NCBI GenBank assembly: GCA_951406725.2 | Contig: OX597834.1 | Location: 24,366,001 to 24,430,000 of the forward strand | Length of the DNA stretch: 64,000 bases | From: Octopus vulgaris | Lineage: Eukaryota | Direction: 5' to 3' | In this document: positions 12,812-24,322 of the stretch, in pieces | How positions within the stretch are numbered: position 1 is the stretch's first letter | How the letters are laid out: each line of letters begins with the position of its first letter | Program-made: the position numbers and the translations under genes | Notes under the pieces: generated by a model | Seen by the model: the letters and a program-made list of their open reading frames with translations, nothing else | Told to the model about the DNA's origin: nothing | Databases searched by the model: none

Positions 12812-13275
12812 GTGATAACAGAGGGACAAAACGACACCGCGCAATGGGAGAAGATGAGATTTTTAGGCGGCAGAAAGAAAGACAGGATTTGAGATGGAAT
12901 GCTTTGCGATCGTGTGCATAAGTTTCTATGAGTGGAAGTTGGGAAAAGATGGGTTAGAGAATTTAGCGACAGAAAGAAAGACCAAATTTGAGACGAGATG
13001 TTTTTGCGAAGTTTTTGTAAATGAAAGTTTATATGCTTCAGCTAGCATTTGAGACGAAAGACAACGATAACGCCAATATATGGGGAAACAATAATAATAA
13101 GAAGGCTTGATGGTGATGATGATACTTGCAAAAAAACAATGAAAAGAAGGAACAGGACTTAGCTGATATTTTTCATCCTGCGTATTGGCTAAGCCTGTGG
13201 AAGCGAGTGAAGGCGAGATATATATACAGAGAGAGAGAGAGACAGTGATAACAGAGGGAGAAACCGACACCACAT

Positions 13276-13314
<39 letters not shown>

Positions 13315-13778
13315 GTGATAACAGAGGGACAAAACGACACCGCGCAATGGGAGAAGATGAGATTTTTAGGCGGCAGAAAGAAAGACAGGATTTGAGATGG
13401 AATGCTTTGCGATCGTGTGCATAAGTTTCTATGAGTGGAAGTTGGGAAAAGATGGGTTAGAGAATTTAGCGACAGAAAGAAAGACCAAATTTGAGACGAG
13501 ATGTTTTTGCGAAGTTTTTGTAAATGAAAGTTTATATGCTTCAGCTAGCATTTGAGACGAAAGACAACGATAACGCCAATATATGGGGAAACAATAATAA
13601 TAAGAAGGCTTGATGGTGATGATGATACTTGCAAAAAAACAATGAAAAGAAGGAACAGGACTTAGCTGATATTTTTCATCCTGCGTATTGGCTAAGCCTG
13701 TGGAAGCGAGTGAAGGCGAGATATATATACAGAGAGAGAGAGAGACAGTGATAACAGAGGGAGAAACCGACACCACAT

Positions 13779-13817
<39 letters not shown>

Positions 13818-14279
13818 GTGATAATAGAGGGACAAAACGACACCGCGCAATGGGAGAAGATGAGATTTTTAGGCGGCAGAAAGAAAGACAGGATTTGAGA
13901 TGGAATGCTTTGCGATCGTGTGCATAAGTTTCTATGAGTGGAAGTTGGGAAAAGATGGGTTAGAGAATTTAGCGACAGAAAGAAAGACCAAATTTGAGAC
14001 GAGATGTTTTTGCGAAGTTTTTGTAAATGAAAGTTTATATGCTTCAGCTAGCATTTGAGACGAAAGACAACGATAACGCCAATATATGGGGAAACAATAA
14101 TAATAAGAAGGCTTGATGGTGATGATGATACTTGCAAAAACAATGAAAAGAAGGAACAGGACTTAGCTGATATTTTTCATCCTGCGTATTGGCTAAGCCT
14201 GTGGAAGCGAGTGAAGGCGAGATATATATACAGAGAGAGAGAGAGACAGTGATAACAGAGGGAGAAACCGACACCACAT

Positions 14280-14328
<49 letters not shown>

Positions 14329-14807
14329 GTGATAACAGAGGGACAAAACGACACCGCGCAATGGGAGAAGATGAGATTTTTAGGCGGCAGAAAGAAAGAC
14401 AGGATTTGAGATGGAATGCTTTGCGATCGTGTGCATAAGTTTCTATGAGTGGAAGTTGGGAAAAGATGGGTTAGAGAATTTAGCGACAGAAAGAAAGACC
14501 AAATTTGAGACGAGATGTTTTTGCGAAGTTTTTGTAAATGAAAGTTTATATGCTTCAGCTAGCATTTGAGACGAAAGACAACGATAACGCCAATATATGG
14601 GGAAACAATAATAATAAGAAGGCTTGATGGTGATGATGATACTTGCAAAAAACAATGAAAAGAAGGAACAGGACTTAGCTGATATTTTTCATCCTGCGTA
14701 TTGGCTAAGCCTGTGGAAGCGAGTGAAGGCGAGATATATATACAGAGAGAGAGAGAGACAGTGATAACAGAGGGAGAAACCGACACCACATAGCGAGAGA
14801 GAGAGAG

Positions 14808-14842
<35 letters not shown>

Positions 14843-15280
14843 GTGATAACAGAGGGACAAAACGACACCGCGCAATGGGAGAAGATGAGATTTTTAGGCG
14901 GCAGAAAGAAAGACAGGATTTGAGATGGAATGCTTTGCGATCGTGTGCATAAGTTTCTATGAGTGGAAGTTGGGAAAAGATGGGTTAGAGAATTTAGCGA
15001 CAGAAAGAAAGACCAAATTTGAGACGAGATGTTTTTGCGAAGTTTTTGTAAATGAAAGTTTATATGCTTCAGCTAGCATTTGAGACGAAAGACAACGATA
15101 ACGCCAATATATGGGGAAACAATAATAATAAGAAGGCTTGATGGTGATGATGATACTTGCAAAAAACAATGAAAAGAAGGAACAGGACTTAGCTGATATT
15201 TTTCATCCTGCGTATTGGCTAAGCCTGTGGAAGCGAGTGAAGGCGAGATATATATACAGAGAGAGAGAGAGACAGTGATA
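9259..15280. repeat. tandem array of ~500-517-bp units (11 full plus 1 partial)
   Basis: Units start caccgcgcaatg at about 9259, 9774, 10275, 10792, 11292, 11807, 12319, 12835, 13338, 13841, 14352 and 14866; they differ mainly in (GA)n and A-run length. Confidence 0.98.
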
Positions 15281-15293
15281 TATGTATTATATA

Positions 15294-15540
15294 TATTGGG
15301 TCATACCTTAAATAACGCATTTTTTTTTCAATTGCATGAACTAAAAGTTGGAGGGGGACAGAATAAACTACTTGCATCAACTTGCTATAAAAGCAGGTGG
15401 TAATTTTACCTTGTACTTATTCTTAGTGCAAGTTTTGAAGAGTGCAGTTCGATTTTAACAGTTATTGTTTCAAAACTATAATGGTAGTGACAAAGGAGCA
15501 TATTCAACATATTTTGCTTCGTGAGTCCAATAAAGGGTTA
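15294..15540 (+). mobile_element. 5' end of a second mariner element (TIR plus transposase N-terminus)
   Basis: Starts tattgggtcatacc after a TA tract; ATG at 15481 gives MVVTKEHIQHILLRESNKG, resembling mariner 'KEHIRHILLYEFNKG'. Confidence 0.6.
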
Positions 15541-15679
15541 AGGTGTTCACTCAGTCATTTTCCTGAAACTTTTATTAGCATCTTTTCCTTTTATGTTTGT
15601 TTATAACATTTTTTGTTTTTGTTTTTTTGTTTCAGTTTTTGAAAACTTTTAAATTATTCATTTTTTTGTTATATTTCAG

Positions 15680-15766
15680 TGGTCAAGTGTATTAGAGATA
15701 ATTGGTCAAGCATTGGCCATGAATGGCATTAGATATTCCACTTTATCTTCAGGGAAACAGTCCCAG
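15680..15766 (+). CDS. SHPRH: SHPRH exon H
   Basis: atatttcag / GTTTGT; WSSVLEIIGQALAMNGIRYSTLSSGKQSQ resembles 'WQDVLDIISKALTDNNMEFAQISRVKTFQ'. Confidence 0.9.
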
Positions 15767-16571
15767 GTTTGTATCAGTAATTCAAATAAGTCTTCTCCTT
15801 CATATTCACTGTTCAGTTAGTAATTAACACTGTACTAATTAAACCGACTGATAGAGAAGCTGGACTTCACTTCACATACAAAGGATGTACAAGAATAGTT
15901 AGCAGTAAGTGTACTTCAGAAATGGAATATTTCAACATTCCAGAAAACTTGCTAGAAGTAGTTGACAACTTCTGTTACTTAGATGTCCCAGGTGTCCAGC
16001 TGTGAAGATGGTAGCTGTGAATTATAGCTACTTTTTAAAATTTTTTATGGCTAGATTCCAACTTGGGCCACAGTAACAAAGTTCACCCACCAAACTTCTT
16101 AGTCCATCGTCAATGCCTCAAAATCCTGGATACACTCCAGGTCAGTGTCTGCAATCAAGATGTCGATGTAAGTGTGACAACATTTTCCTTTTCTTACATC
16201 ACAATGAAGTGGGTTCCATGAGACTAATTTGGATGCTTCCAGATCAGTTCCCTGGTAGCCAGCTCCATGTCAAACTGTCCAACCCTTGCCAGCATGGAAA
16301 GCAGATGTTAAACGATGATGACGATGATGGGCTTCTTTCAGTTTCCATCTATGAAATCCACTCACAAGGCTTTGGTTGGCCTGAGAAGACACTTGGCCAA
16401 GGACCGAACTTGAAACCATGTGGTTGCAAAGCAAACTTCTCACCACACAACCATGTGTTAGTTTTTTTTTTTTTTAATCTTTTTTTTGTTTGTGGTAAAG
16501 AAAAGAAAAAATCTCAAAGATGTCAATTAATAAAAATGTGTTAATTTGTTCTGTTTTTGTCTTTCTTTCAG

Positions 16572-16750
16572 AACAATCTGACAACTTTCAAAAATAATCC
16601 TGAAGTTACTGTTCTTCTGCTGCCAGTTCACACTGGCTGTAACGGGTTAAACTTAATTGAAGCCAAATATGTTATATTAACTGAGCCGATACTTAACCCA
16701 GCCCAGGAGTTGCAGGCTATTGGAAGAGTTCACAGAATCGGACAAACAAT
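16572..16750 (+). CDS. SHPRH: SHPRH exon I (helicase motifs V and VI)
   Basis: ctttctttcag / GTAAGT; LLLPVHTGCNGLNLIEAKYVILTEPILNPAQELQAIGRVHRIGQT. Confidence 0.97.
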
Positions 16751-17624
16751 GTAAGTTGACAAAGTAATTTCATAAACCAATAGTGTGTGTGTGTTGAGTG
16801 TAGGAGTTACTTGCCATGCTAAAAATAGTAGCCAAATCTCCTCATCACATCCTTTCATTCTAAAGATGAAGGCATTGTTTTGTAGAATTGGTAGATTAGC
16901 AGCCAAAGTGATATGTAACATTTCATTATGTACCTTTATTTTTTTACTTTTAAAACCTCCTCTGCCTCCCAGCCTCCTCCTCCCCTTACCCCTCCTGCTG
17001 CTCCCCCTCCTCTTGTTTTCCATGCCGGCTTGGGTTGGACAGTTTGACCGGAGCTGGCAAGCTGGAGAGTTGCACCAAGTTCTAGTTTGATTTGGCTTGG
17101 TTTCTACAACTGGATGCCCTTCCTAATGTCAACCACTTTACAGAGCATGCTGGGTGCTTTTACATGGTACTGGCATGAATGCTTTTTGCATGACACTGCC
17201 GCAGGATTCTCACAGACCAATCCTCTTCAGCAGGTGGAGTGTTCTTAACACTTCTGACTTTTACTTGGGGTTCAATTTTACCTTTCATCCTTCATCACCA
17301 TGAGACTCATAGGGCTGGTTCCCCAGTTTCCATAGCATATAAGTGAGCAAGATCACAACATTTCCCCTAAACGGGACGTTAGTCTCTTGCAAGGTTACTT
17401 ATTTACAGCTGAGTGGATTGGAACAATATGAAATGAAGTGGGTTTTCCTCAAGAACACAATGCATAGCCCAGTCTGGGAATTGAAACCATGCTTTACCTC
17501 CTTCCAAAATAGATAAAGTAAAATACTCAGACAATATCTCTAGCCACTAAATTTGGGGTTTTGTACCTGCACCAGAAATCTGTGGTTTGATATTTTTATT
17601 TTTTGTCTGTTTATATTTTTTTAG

Positions 17625-18171
17625 GGCAACAGAAGTGCACCGATTCCTGATTAAGGCCACTATCGAAGAACGTATGAGATTGATGCTAGCATCCGCAACA
17701 AATTACCTTGTTCCTTCAGACCGCAATGACACAATGTTAACTATAGGAGATTTATATCAACTGTTTCGAGATGTTTCGACAGAAGCTGTCTTGGAAGACA
17801 ATTCATCTTCAATTTCTGAGCCGCAGTTAGAATCAGATGATGTTGACAACACTGGTCAAAGTGCATTGTCTGATATGCAGCAGAGGTGTGCAGCAGCTGC
17901 TTTATCACGCATTACTGAGGAACAGAGAACTTTTACAAACTGGAATCAAAGCACTAGCGAATGTACGACGACATTACTTCAAGACTCTGTCACTAGTAAT
18001 GTTGGGGCCGAAAGTGGGTCCTCTAAGGTACCAACAGCTGGCCAGAATTTAAATATTGACACAACCTCAGACTCTCTTTCTTTAACTCATCCTTCAACTT
18101 CCATTCTACAATCACAGTCTCATTCTATGTCAGCAGATTCCTTACCAGGGACATCATTTTCACAGATATAG
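17625..18171 (+). CDS. SHPRH: SHPRH terminal coding exon
   Basis: ttttttttag acceptor, phase 2; ATEVHRFLIKATIEERM...LTIGDLYQLF matches the SHPRH C-terminus, followed by an S/T-rich extension to TAG at 18169-18171. Confidence 0.95.
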
Positions 18172-18560
18172 GGACCAATTACAGTTTTTTTTTTTTTTTG
18201 AAAAGAAAACTAAAACAAAAGATTATTCAGCCATTTATTCCTTCCATATCATGTGAATTATATTTTCGAAAACATTGTCGCTATTTTAACATTTCAGCCT
18301 ATTTATTCAATCAGTTGAAAATTTTACATCCAATTGAGACATGTCATTTTTAATGGTAGAATAATGGTCCTTGGGTGCCTTTGGTGGAGTTTGCAACCTT
18401 TTATTTCCTCCCCCTCCCGACCTAATCATAATTCCTTCCTTGCTCACATTTTTTATTTATATCTGTAGAAGCTGAGCTGCAGACGGTATGGCTGGTTGTC
18501 AGCCATTTTGAGTTTATAAGTCCAGAAGAGCCTGCACACCATGGGCACTGTTCATTCTCA

Positions 18561-18607
<47 letters not shown>

Positions 18608-18904
18608 CATACACACACATACATATATATATGTACATATCACATACTACATATCTGCATACACACATATATGTATGTATAAGTGTATATGTATGTAAAT
18701 ATATATATATATACATACACATGCGTGTATATATTTGTGTGTGTATTATATATATATATATATATAAAAAAACTGTTTATTGAAACCGGTTACTCAGATC
18801 AGGTTAATTTTACCTGTTTTGAATCAAATCTATTTAATCATGTAATTACCTGTTAAAATTTTTAATGTCAATGATATAAAACATTATTTGCACCAATTTG
18901 AGAC

Positions 18905-18910
18905 AATAAA
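18905..18910 (+). promoter_or_regulatory. candidate polyadenylation signal of SHPRH (alternative AATAAA at 19345-19350)
   Basis: AATAAA downstream of the stop codon; no transcript evidence. Confidence 0.3.
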
Positions 18911-19413
18911 AAAATCATCTGACCATCTAATGAGACAAAACTTGTATATCTATGAGTGATCTTTGATTTCATTGCAAAATACCATTCCTTTGAATTAACT
19001 ACCATGATTTGTTTGGCCGTTTACATCTATATTATTTTATGTTCTCATGATAATTAGTCAGTTATTGTACCAGGTGTGCTACCCTGGTTTGATATCAGAA
19101 ACTGGAAGATATAGTCTTAGAAATCAATTTACAAATTTACAGTTACAATTTTAATACAAATTGATTTGAGGCAGAAAAGAGGAATTACTATAGATATTAG
19201 TACAGCACTGACCTTTCCTGACACTGATTGTTCAGAATCTTTTGTAATTCATTCTAATTTGTGAGCAGGAACTTCAAATTTGTGCATCTGCTGGACTAGT
19301 TTACTTGTACCTTGCATAGACTATACATTACACAGTCCAGTATTAATAAACTTCTATCATTTGTACCTGTATTTCATTTAATTATTCATGTAAATTTAGT
19401 ATTTGTTTAATTT

Positions 19414-19613
19414 AAGGTAGCGAGCTGGCAGAATTATTAACATGCGCAGGAGTGGCTGTGTGGTAAGTAGCTTGCTTACCAACCACATGGTTCTGGGTTC
19501 AGTCCCACTGCATGGCACCTTGGGCAAGTGTCTTCTACTATAGCCTCGGGCTGACCAATGCCTTGTGAGTGGATTTAGTAGACGGAAACTGAAAGAAGCC
19601 CGTCGTATATATG

Positions 19614-19648
<35 letters not shown>

Positions 19649-20275
19649 ATGTTTGTCCCCCCAGCATTGCTTGACAACCGATGCTGGTGTGTTTACGTCG
19701 CCGTCACTTAGCGGTTTGGCAAAAGAACTGATAGAATAAGTACTAGGCTTACAAAGAATAAGTCCCGTGGTCGATTTGCTCGACTAAATGCGGTGCTCCA
19801 GCATGGCCGCAGTCAAATGGCTGAAACAAGTAAAAGAGAGAGTATATATATATATGTGTGTGTGTGTGTGTATGTTTGTGTGTCTGTGTTTGTCCCCCCA
19901 ACATCGCTTGACAACCGATGCTGGTGTGTTTACGTCGCCGTCACTTAGCGGTTCGGCAAAAGAGACTGATAGAATAAGTACTAGGCTTACAAAGAATAAG
20001 TCCCGTGGTCGATTTGCTTGACTAAATGTGGTGCTCCAGCATGGCCGCAGTCAAATGACTAAAACAAGTAAAAGAGTAAAGAGTATGCTGGGCAAAATGC
20101 TTAGTGGCATTTCGTCTGTCTTTACATTCCAAGTTCTAATTCTGCTAAGGTCGACTTTGTCTTTCAGCATTTCAGGGTTGATAAAATAAGTAACAGTCAA
20201 GCACTGGGATCAATGTTATTGATTTTTCCCACCCCACCAAACTTGCAGGTCTTGTGCCAAAATTTGAAACCAATA
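19414..20275 (+). mobile_element. nested SINEs: family A copy with duplicated 3' half (19444-20083) inserted in a family B copy
   Basis: Family B head gcgagctggcagaatt at ~19420 resumes as gctgggcaaaatgcttag at ~20087; family A has tRNA A/B-box-like head tggctgtgtggtaag...gggttcagtccc. Confidence 0.85.
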
Positions 20276-20614
20276 TTCGTTTAATTTAGAATGTGTTGAC
20301 CAAAGTGACCACTCCTGGTTTGGAAAAATCAGTAACCCAGAATAGCTTTGGAACCAAAGGTTCTGGAAAATCAATATTGTACTTATGCTTTTTTTTTAAT
20401 GTTATTTTACCTGAGAGAGAGATAGTAAAATTCAGGTGAAATAACTTTAGTTAGCAAATAGCTATGCATGTTACTCTATTCCAAAGGTTGTGATCATGCA
20501 AGGGCACCGCCTTTTACAGGGTTCTATCTTATATTTGATTAGGTCTTAAATGCCTGTCCATGTCAAACTTGAAAGATACATCGACAGAAAGAAAAGTAGA
20601 CAAGATAATGGATA

Positions 20615-21268
20615 GATTCATAGCATGTGACATCCCAGATGAGAGGCCTATCACCATGGGAAAGGAAAACTATTATACAGTTAGGCCTTTTACTATCCCC
20701 TCGGTCTAGGCTCGAGCTGGGAAGGGAAGCCTGAGACTTCTAGGTCATGCTTTAAGATCTCATTAAGGGCTGCATGGCGTAGAAGGCGGCCAGCACTATA
20801 ATGGCACGACAATGGATGGAGGCCGAAAGAATCCACAATGGATCCGCAGCGGCATTTGCGAGGCTCATAGATCTGGGGTCCAAGCCTAAAGGAAACCGAA
20901 ACGCGCAGACAGTCACTATGAAGCTAGACCGAGGCCTGACGGTACGACAATTTTCTCGTTCCGTGCCAACTTGGTGTGTTCAGCTACCAGCCCAGGGTCC
21001 GGTTGCTCGTCAGCCTGAGAAAGACTAATTGTCAAAGTACCGCTCGCTCTCTGATAGGTTTACGGTTGAGCCTGTGACAATGGAGAACTCCAGCGTTCTC
21101 GTCTCCTGTACCAAATCCCTGCTCACCGCCACTGGGGCAGATAGGCTACCAGCAAGTGCACGCCCCGTGTGTCAGAGTGACTGTCCCAGCGCATTTTCCA
21201 AGCCATCTTCTGCAGCAACATATTTTCCATTTTGTCTGCTGGAACCAAGAGGCGGTCTGACAAGCCTT
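20615..21268 (-). mobile_element. CRE-clade-like non-LTR retrotransposon fragment (CCHC knuckle plus restriction-like endonuclease)
   Basis: Minus strand translates to LRVSVSFRLG..EPRKCRCGSIVDSFGLHPLSCHYSAGRLLRHAALNEIL..GFPSQLEP, then DSKRPN...PLIWDVTC; abuts (TA)n at 21269. Confidence 0.8.
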
Positions 21269-21329
21269 TATATATATATATATATATATATATAGGTGAG
21301 AAAGTTGGTGTGTGAAAGCACGTGGTTGA

Positions 21330-21503
21330 ATATATAGAAAATAGTAAAAAGTGAAAAAACTACAGAAGGCTTGTTTTAAAAGGTTAAAAAATATATATTT
21401 GAGTCATTATGTTATAACATTCTTCCGACATAGTGACTCAATTATATATTTTTTAACCATTTAAAACAAGCCTTCTGTAGTTTTTTCACTTTTTACTATT
21501 TTC

Positions 21504-21510
<7 letters not shown>
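21330..21510. repeat. long inverted repeat (~84-bp arms) in (TA)n context
   Basis: atatatagaaaatagtaaaaagtgaaaaaactacagaaggcttg... pairs with ...caagccttctgtagttttttcactttttactattttctatatat. Confidence 0.9.
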
Positions 21511-21537
<27 letters not shown>

Positions 21538-21696
21538 CATTTCTCTGCTGTGAGGAAGAGATATTAAACACACAAATCCACTCACATATTCCCCCGAAAT
21601 ACACTGGTTTTCGTTGTTAAACAAACAAAATGAAAACAAAACAAAGTGAGGAGAAAAAATATCGCGCCATTGAAGTATGTTACTGATAGGTATAAT

Positions 21697-21920
21697 GGGC
21701 GAGCTGGCAGAAACGTTAGCACGCCGGGCGAAATGCTTAGCGGTATTTCGTCTGCCGTTACGTTGTGAGTTCAAATTCCGCCGGGGTCGACTTTGCCTTT
21801 CATCCTTTCGGGGTCGATAAATTAAGTACCAGTTACGCACTGGGGTCGATGTAATCGACTTAATATCCATGTCTGTCCCCTCTATGTTTAGCCCCTTGTG
21901 GGTAATAAAGAAATAGGTAT
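21697..21920 (+). mobile_element. SINE family B (tRNA-like head, Meta/MESC-like core), near full length
   Basis: ggcgagctggcagaaacgttagc...gagttcaaatt...cctttcatcctttcggggtcgataaattaagtaccag...aaagaaatagg. Confidence 0.85.
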
Positions 21921-24322
21921 ATTGATGATGATGATGATGGTGGTAGTGCTATGGGTACGAGTTAATGGAGGTGGTGGTGGCGGCGGTTGCGGTTATAGGG
22001 ATATTGGTTGAAGGAGGTGGCGATGGTGTCAGTTGGGATTTTCATTAAAGAAGGTAGAAGTGGTGGTGGTTGCACAACGTTATTTGTAGTTTGTTTTGTT
22101 ATTTTATATTGCCCATCACTTAACGCATGCGCCTTAGTGAATTCATTGTCGTCTGCTCAGTCAACGCTTAAATTTGTTGATGAAACATGGATTACAAAAA
22201 CACGATGTTAGCAAACAAGAGAAGGTTTAAGGTAAGTTGTTGTCATGGTTTTTAATTTGGTTAGTGTATAATTATTGCGGCTTTTTCCAACAATTTTTAA
22301 ATGACGGTCTGACAAGCAAATAGGAAGCAGTAATTGAAGTTCATGGTGAATATGCTCCGGAATAATCATTTAAAGATGTTTTTGTGACATGTTGTTATTG
22401 TTTATGTTGAAAAAAGCCGCAATATTTTCAAATGACCGTATTAAGATTTGTTAAAACTTTACCAACTTATTATAAATAACTCTTTTGTCGTAGCTTTTTA
22501 CGATTAAAATGAAACATTCTCCACGAATGGATAGGGTGAAAAAGAACTTTAGAATTTTGAAAGAAGTATTGGTAAAACATTAATGTCAGTCGTTTCAAAT
22601 GTTGAAAAGAATATTTCTGTTAATCGAAGAAAAGTGTAATGGGACGAAAAATATCTCATTTTCGCCTCTCTCTACGATAGCAACAGTTTGTTCTGAGTAA
22701 AACAGTTTATTTATGTTTCTCTTTGTGTTGTGTGATGAAAAACAGGATTAAATTTGTTGGAAATTATGCCTGCTACTCAAACCAGGTAAGTACTAATGCA
22801 TTCTTGTTATTTTTTCATTTTTATATTGTATCGAAGAATGATTTTATAGAGTGACAAAAGTATGAAAAATCGCAGAAAATAATGAAAAAACAACAAACTA
22901 AAACAATGAATAAATTTTGATTGTGAAAAGTACGATGAAAAAGGATTGGAAGGTTTAGAACATTCTCTTTAAATAATACGAATTGCAATTGTTGCAAAAA
23001 GGAGATTACAATAAAATAACTATAAATAAATAAAAAAAAAATGTCATAATTATACAAGTCTGCCTCCAACTTTGTTTCCCCAAAACTTTCAGAAAAATTG
23101 TTATCTTTTTTACTGAAATTTTCTGCAAATGCCTCTCAGGTATAGATTACGATTATAACGGAATTCACTGTGGTGAAAAGAAATTGTTGGCTGTACACAC
23201 ATACATAGATACACGTTACATAACTTTTATCAACATTTCATGTCTCATTCTTTGTGTGCGCGCCTCCCAATTAATTTTTTTATTAACATTAAATTCCGAC
23301 ACGATCGTAATCAACATTACCTGTAAGGTATTTCTAGTGAGTTTCATTTCAAGTGTAACAGTTTTTCCTTGAAGTTATGAGGAGTCAAAGCCTAGTGGGA
23401 GAAGGTACATTTGTGTGTGCTATACCGAGAAAAATATCATTTTAATGGTGATTGCCGTTCCAGAGTCACAATAATGGTGAGGGAGGGGGGGGGAGATAAT
23501 CGTTTTAAAACAAGGATTTTAATGTTTTCAAGAGCTTCTCCCTGTTGTTTTGAAATGTGCGGTAAAGAAAACTTGAAAAAATCCCGACTAAAACGAAGAA
23601 AATTGTGGGACACCTATTTCGAAAATCCGGCTTATGTTGGACAGCTACTCCGTAAGGTCCATATTTTATAATATAGACATTACGATTCTGAACCCCCCCC
23701 CTCGTCTTCTCGCTTCTTTCAACTTGAAAACTTTTAAAAACGTCACTTGCGCATGCGTAGATACATGCTAAGCAATTAGCAGACGATCCTTTATTAACAA
23801 CGAAATTTCCATGCTTTCTGAGATTCGCTAACACTACACTTGATTTTCTCCCCTCCATACACACACGGGCATGTATCTGTCTCATACATTGTTCGCTTTC
23901 CAGACATTTTTACATTACTGCATGTACTTTATATGCACTTTCTGACAAGTTGTGGTGCACCTGAGCACTGTATACAATAATTTCATTATTATATTATTTT
24001 AAAATACAGACATTACGATTCTGAAACATCCCCCCCACCTCGTCTTCTCGCTTCTTTCAACTTGAAAACTTTTAAGAACGTCACTTGCGCATGCGTAGAT
24101 ACATGCTAAGCAATTAGCAGACGATTCTTTATTAACAACGAAAAAATCTTTATTTTTAAAAAAATTATTTCGAAATTTAAGTCTAATTTCCACTACCACA
24201 ATCTTTTTTTAATTTTTGATTATTAAATTTTTTTTTTAATTACAAATTTAAAGTCAATTTTTGCTTTTATCTACATATATTTGCATGTCTGTGGGAATGA
24301 CTGACTGATTGCGAGACAGTGT

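Noticed and set aside
9350-15169. Repeated 70-142 aa minus-strand ORFs in the array, apparently switched by A-run length
   Set aside because: Mostly non-ATG starts, SL repeats derived from (GA)n, no domain; homopolymer differences may be sequencing error
9259-15280. Array as a CRISPR locus or hammerhead retrozyme
   Set aside because: No unique spacers or cas genes in eukaryotic intron context; I found no CUGANGA core on either strand of the unit
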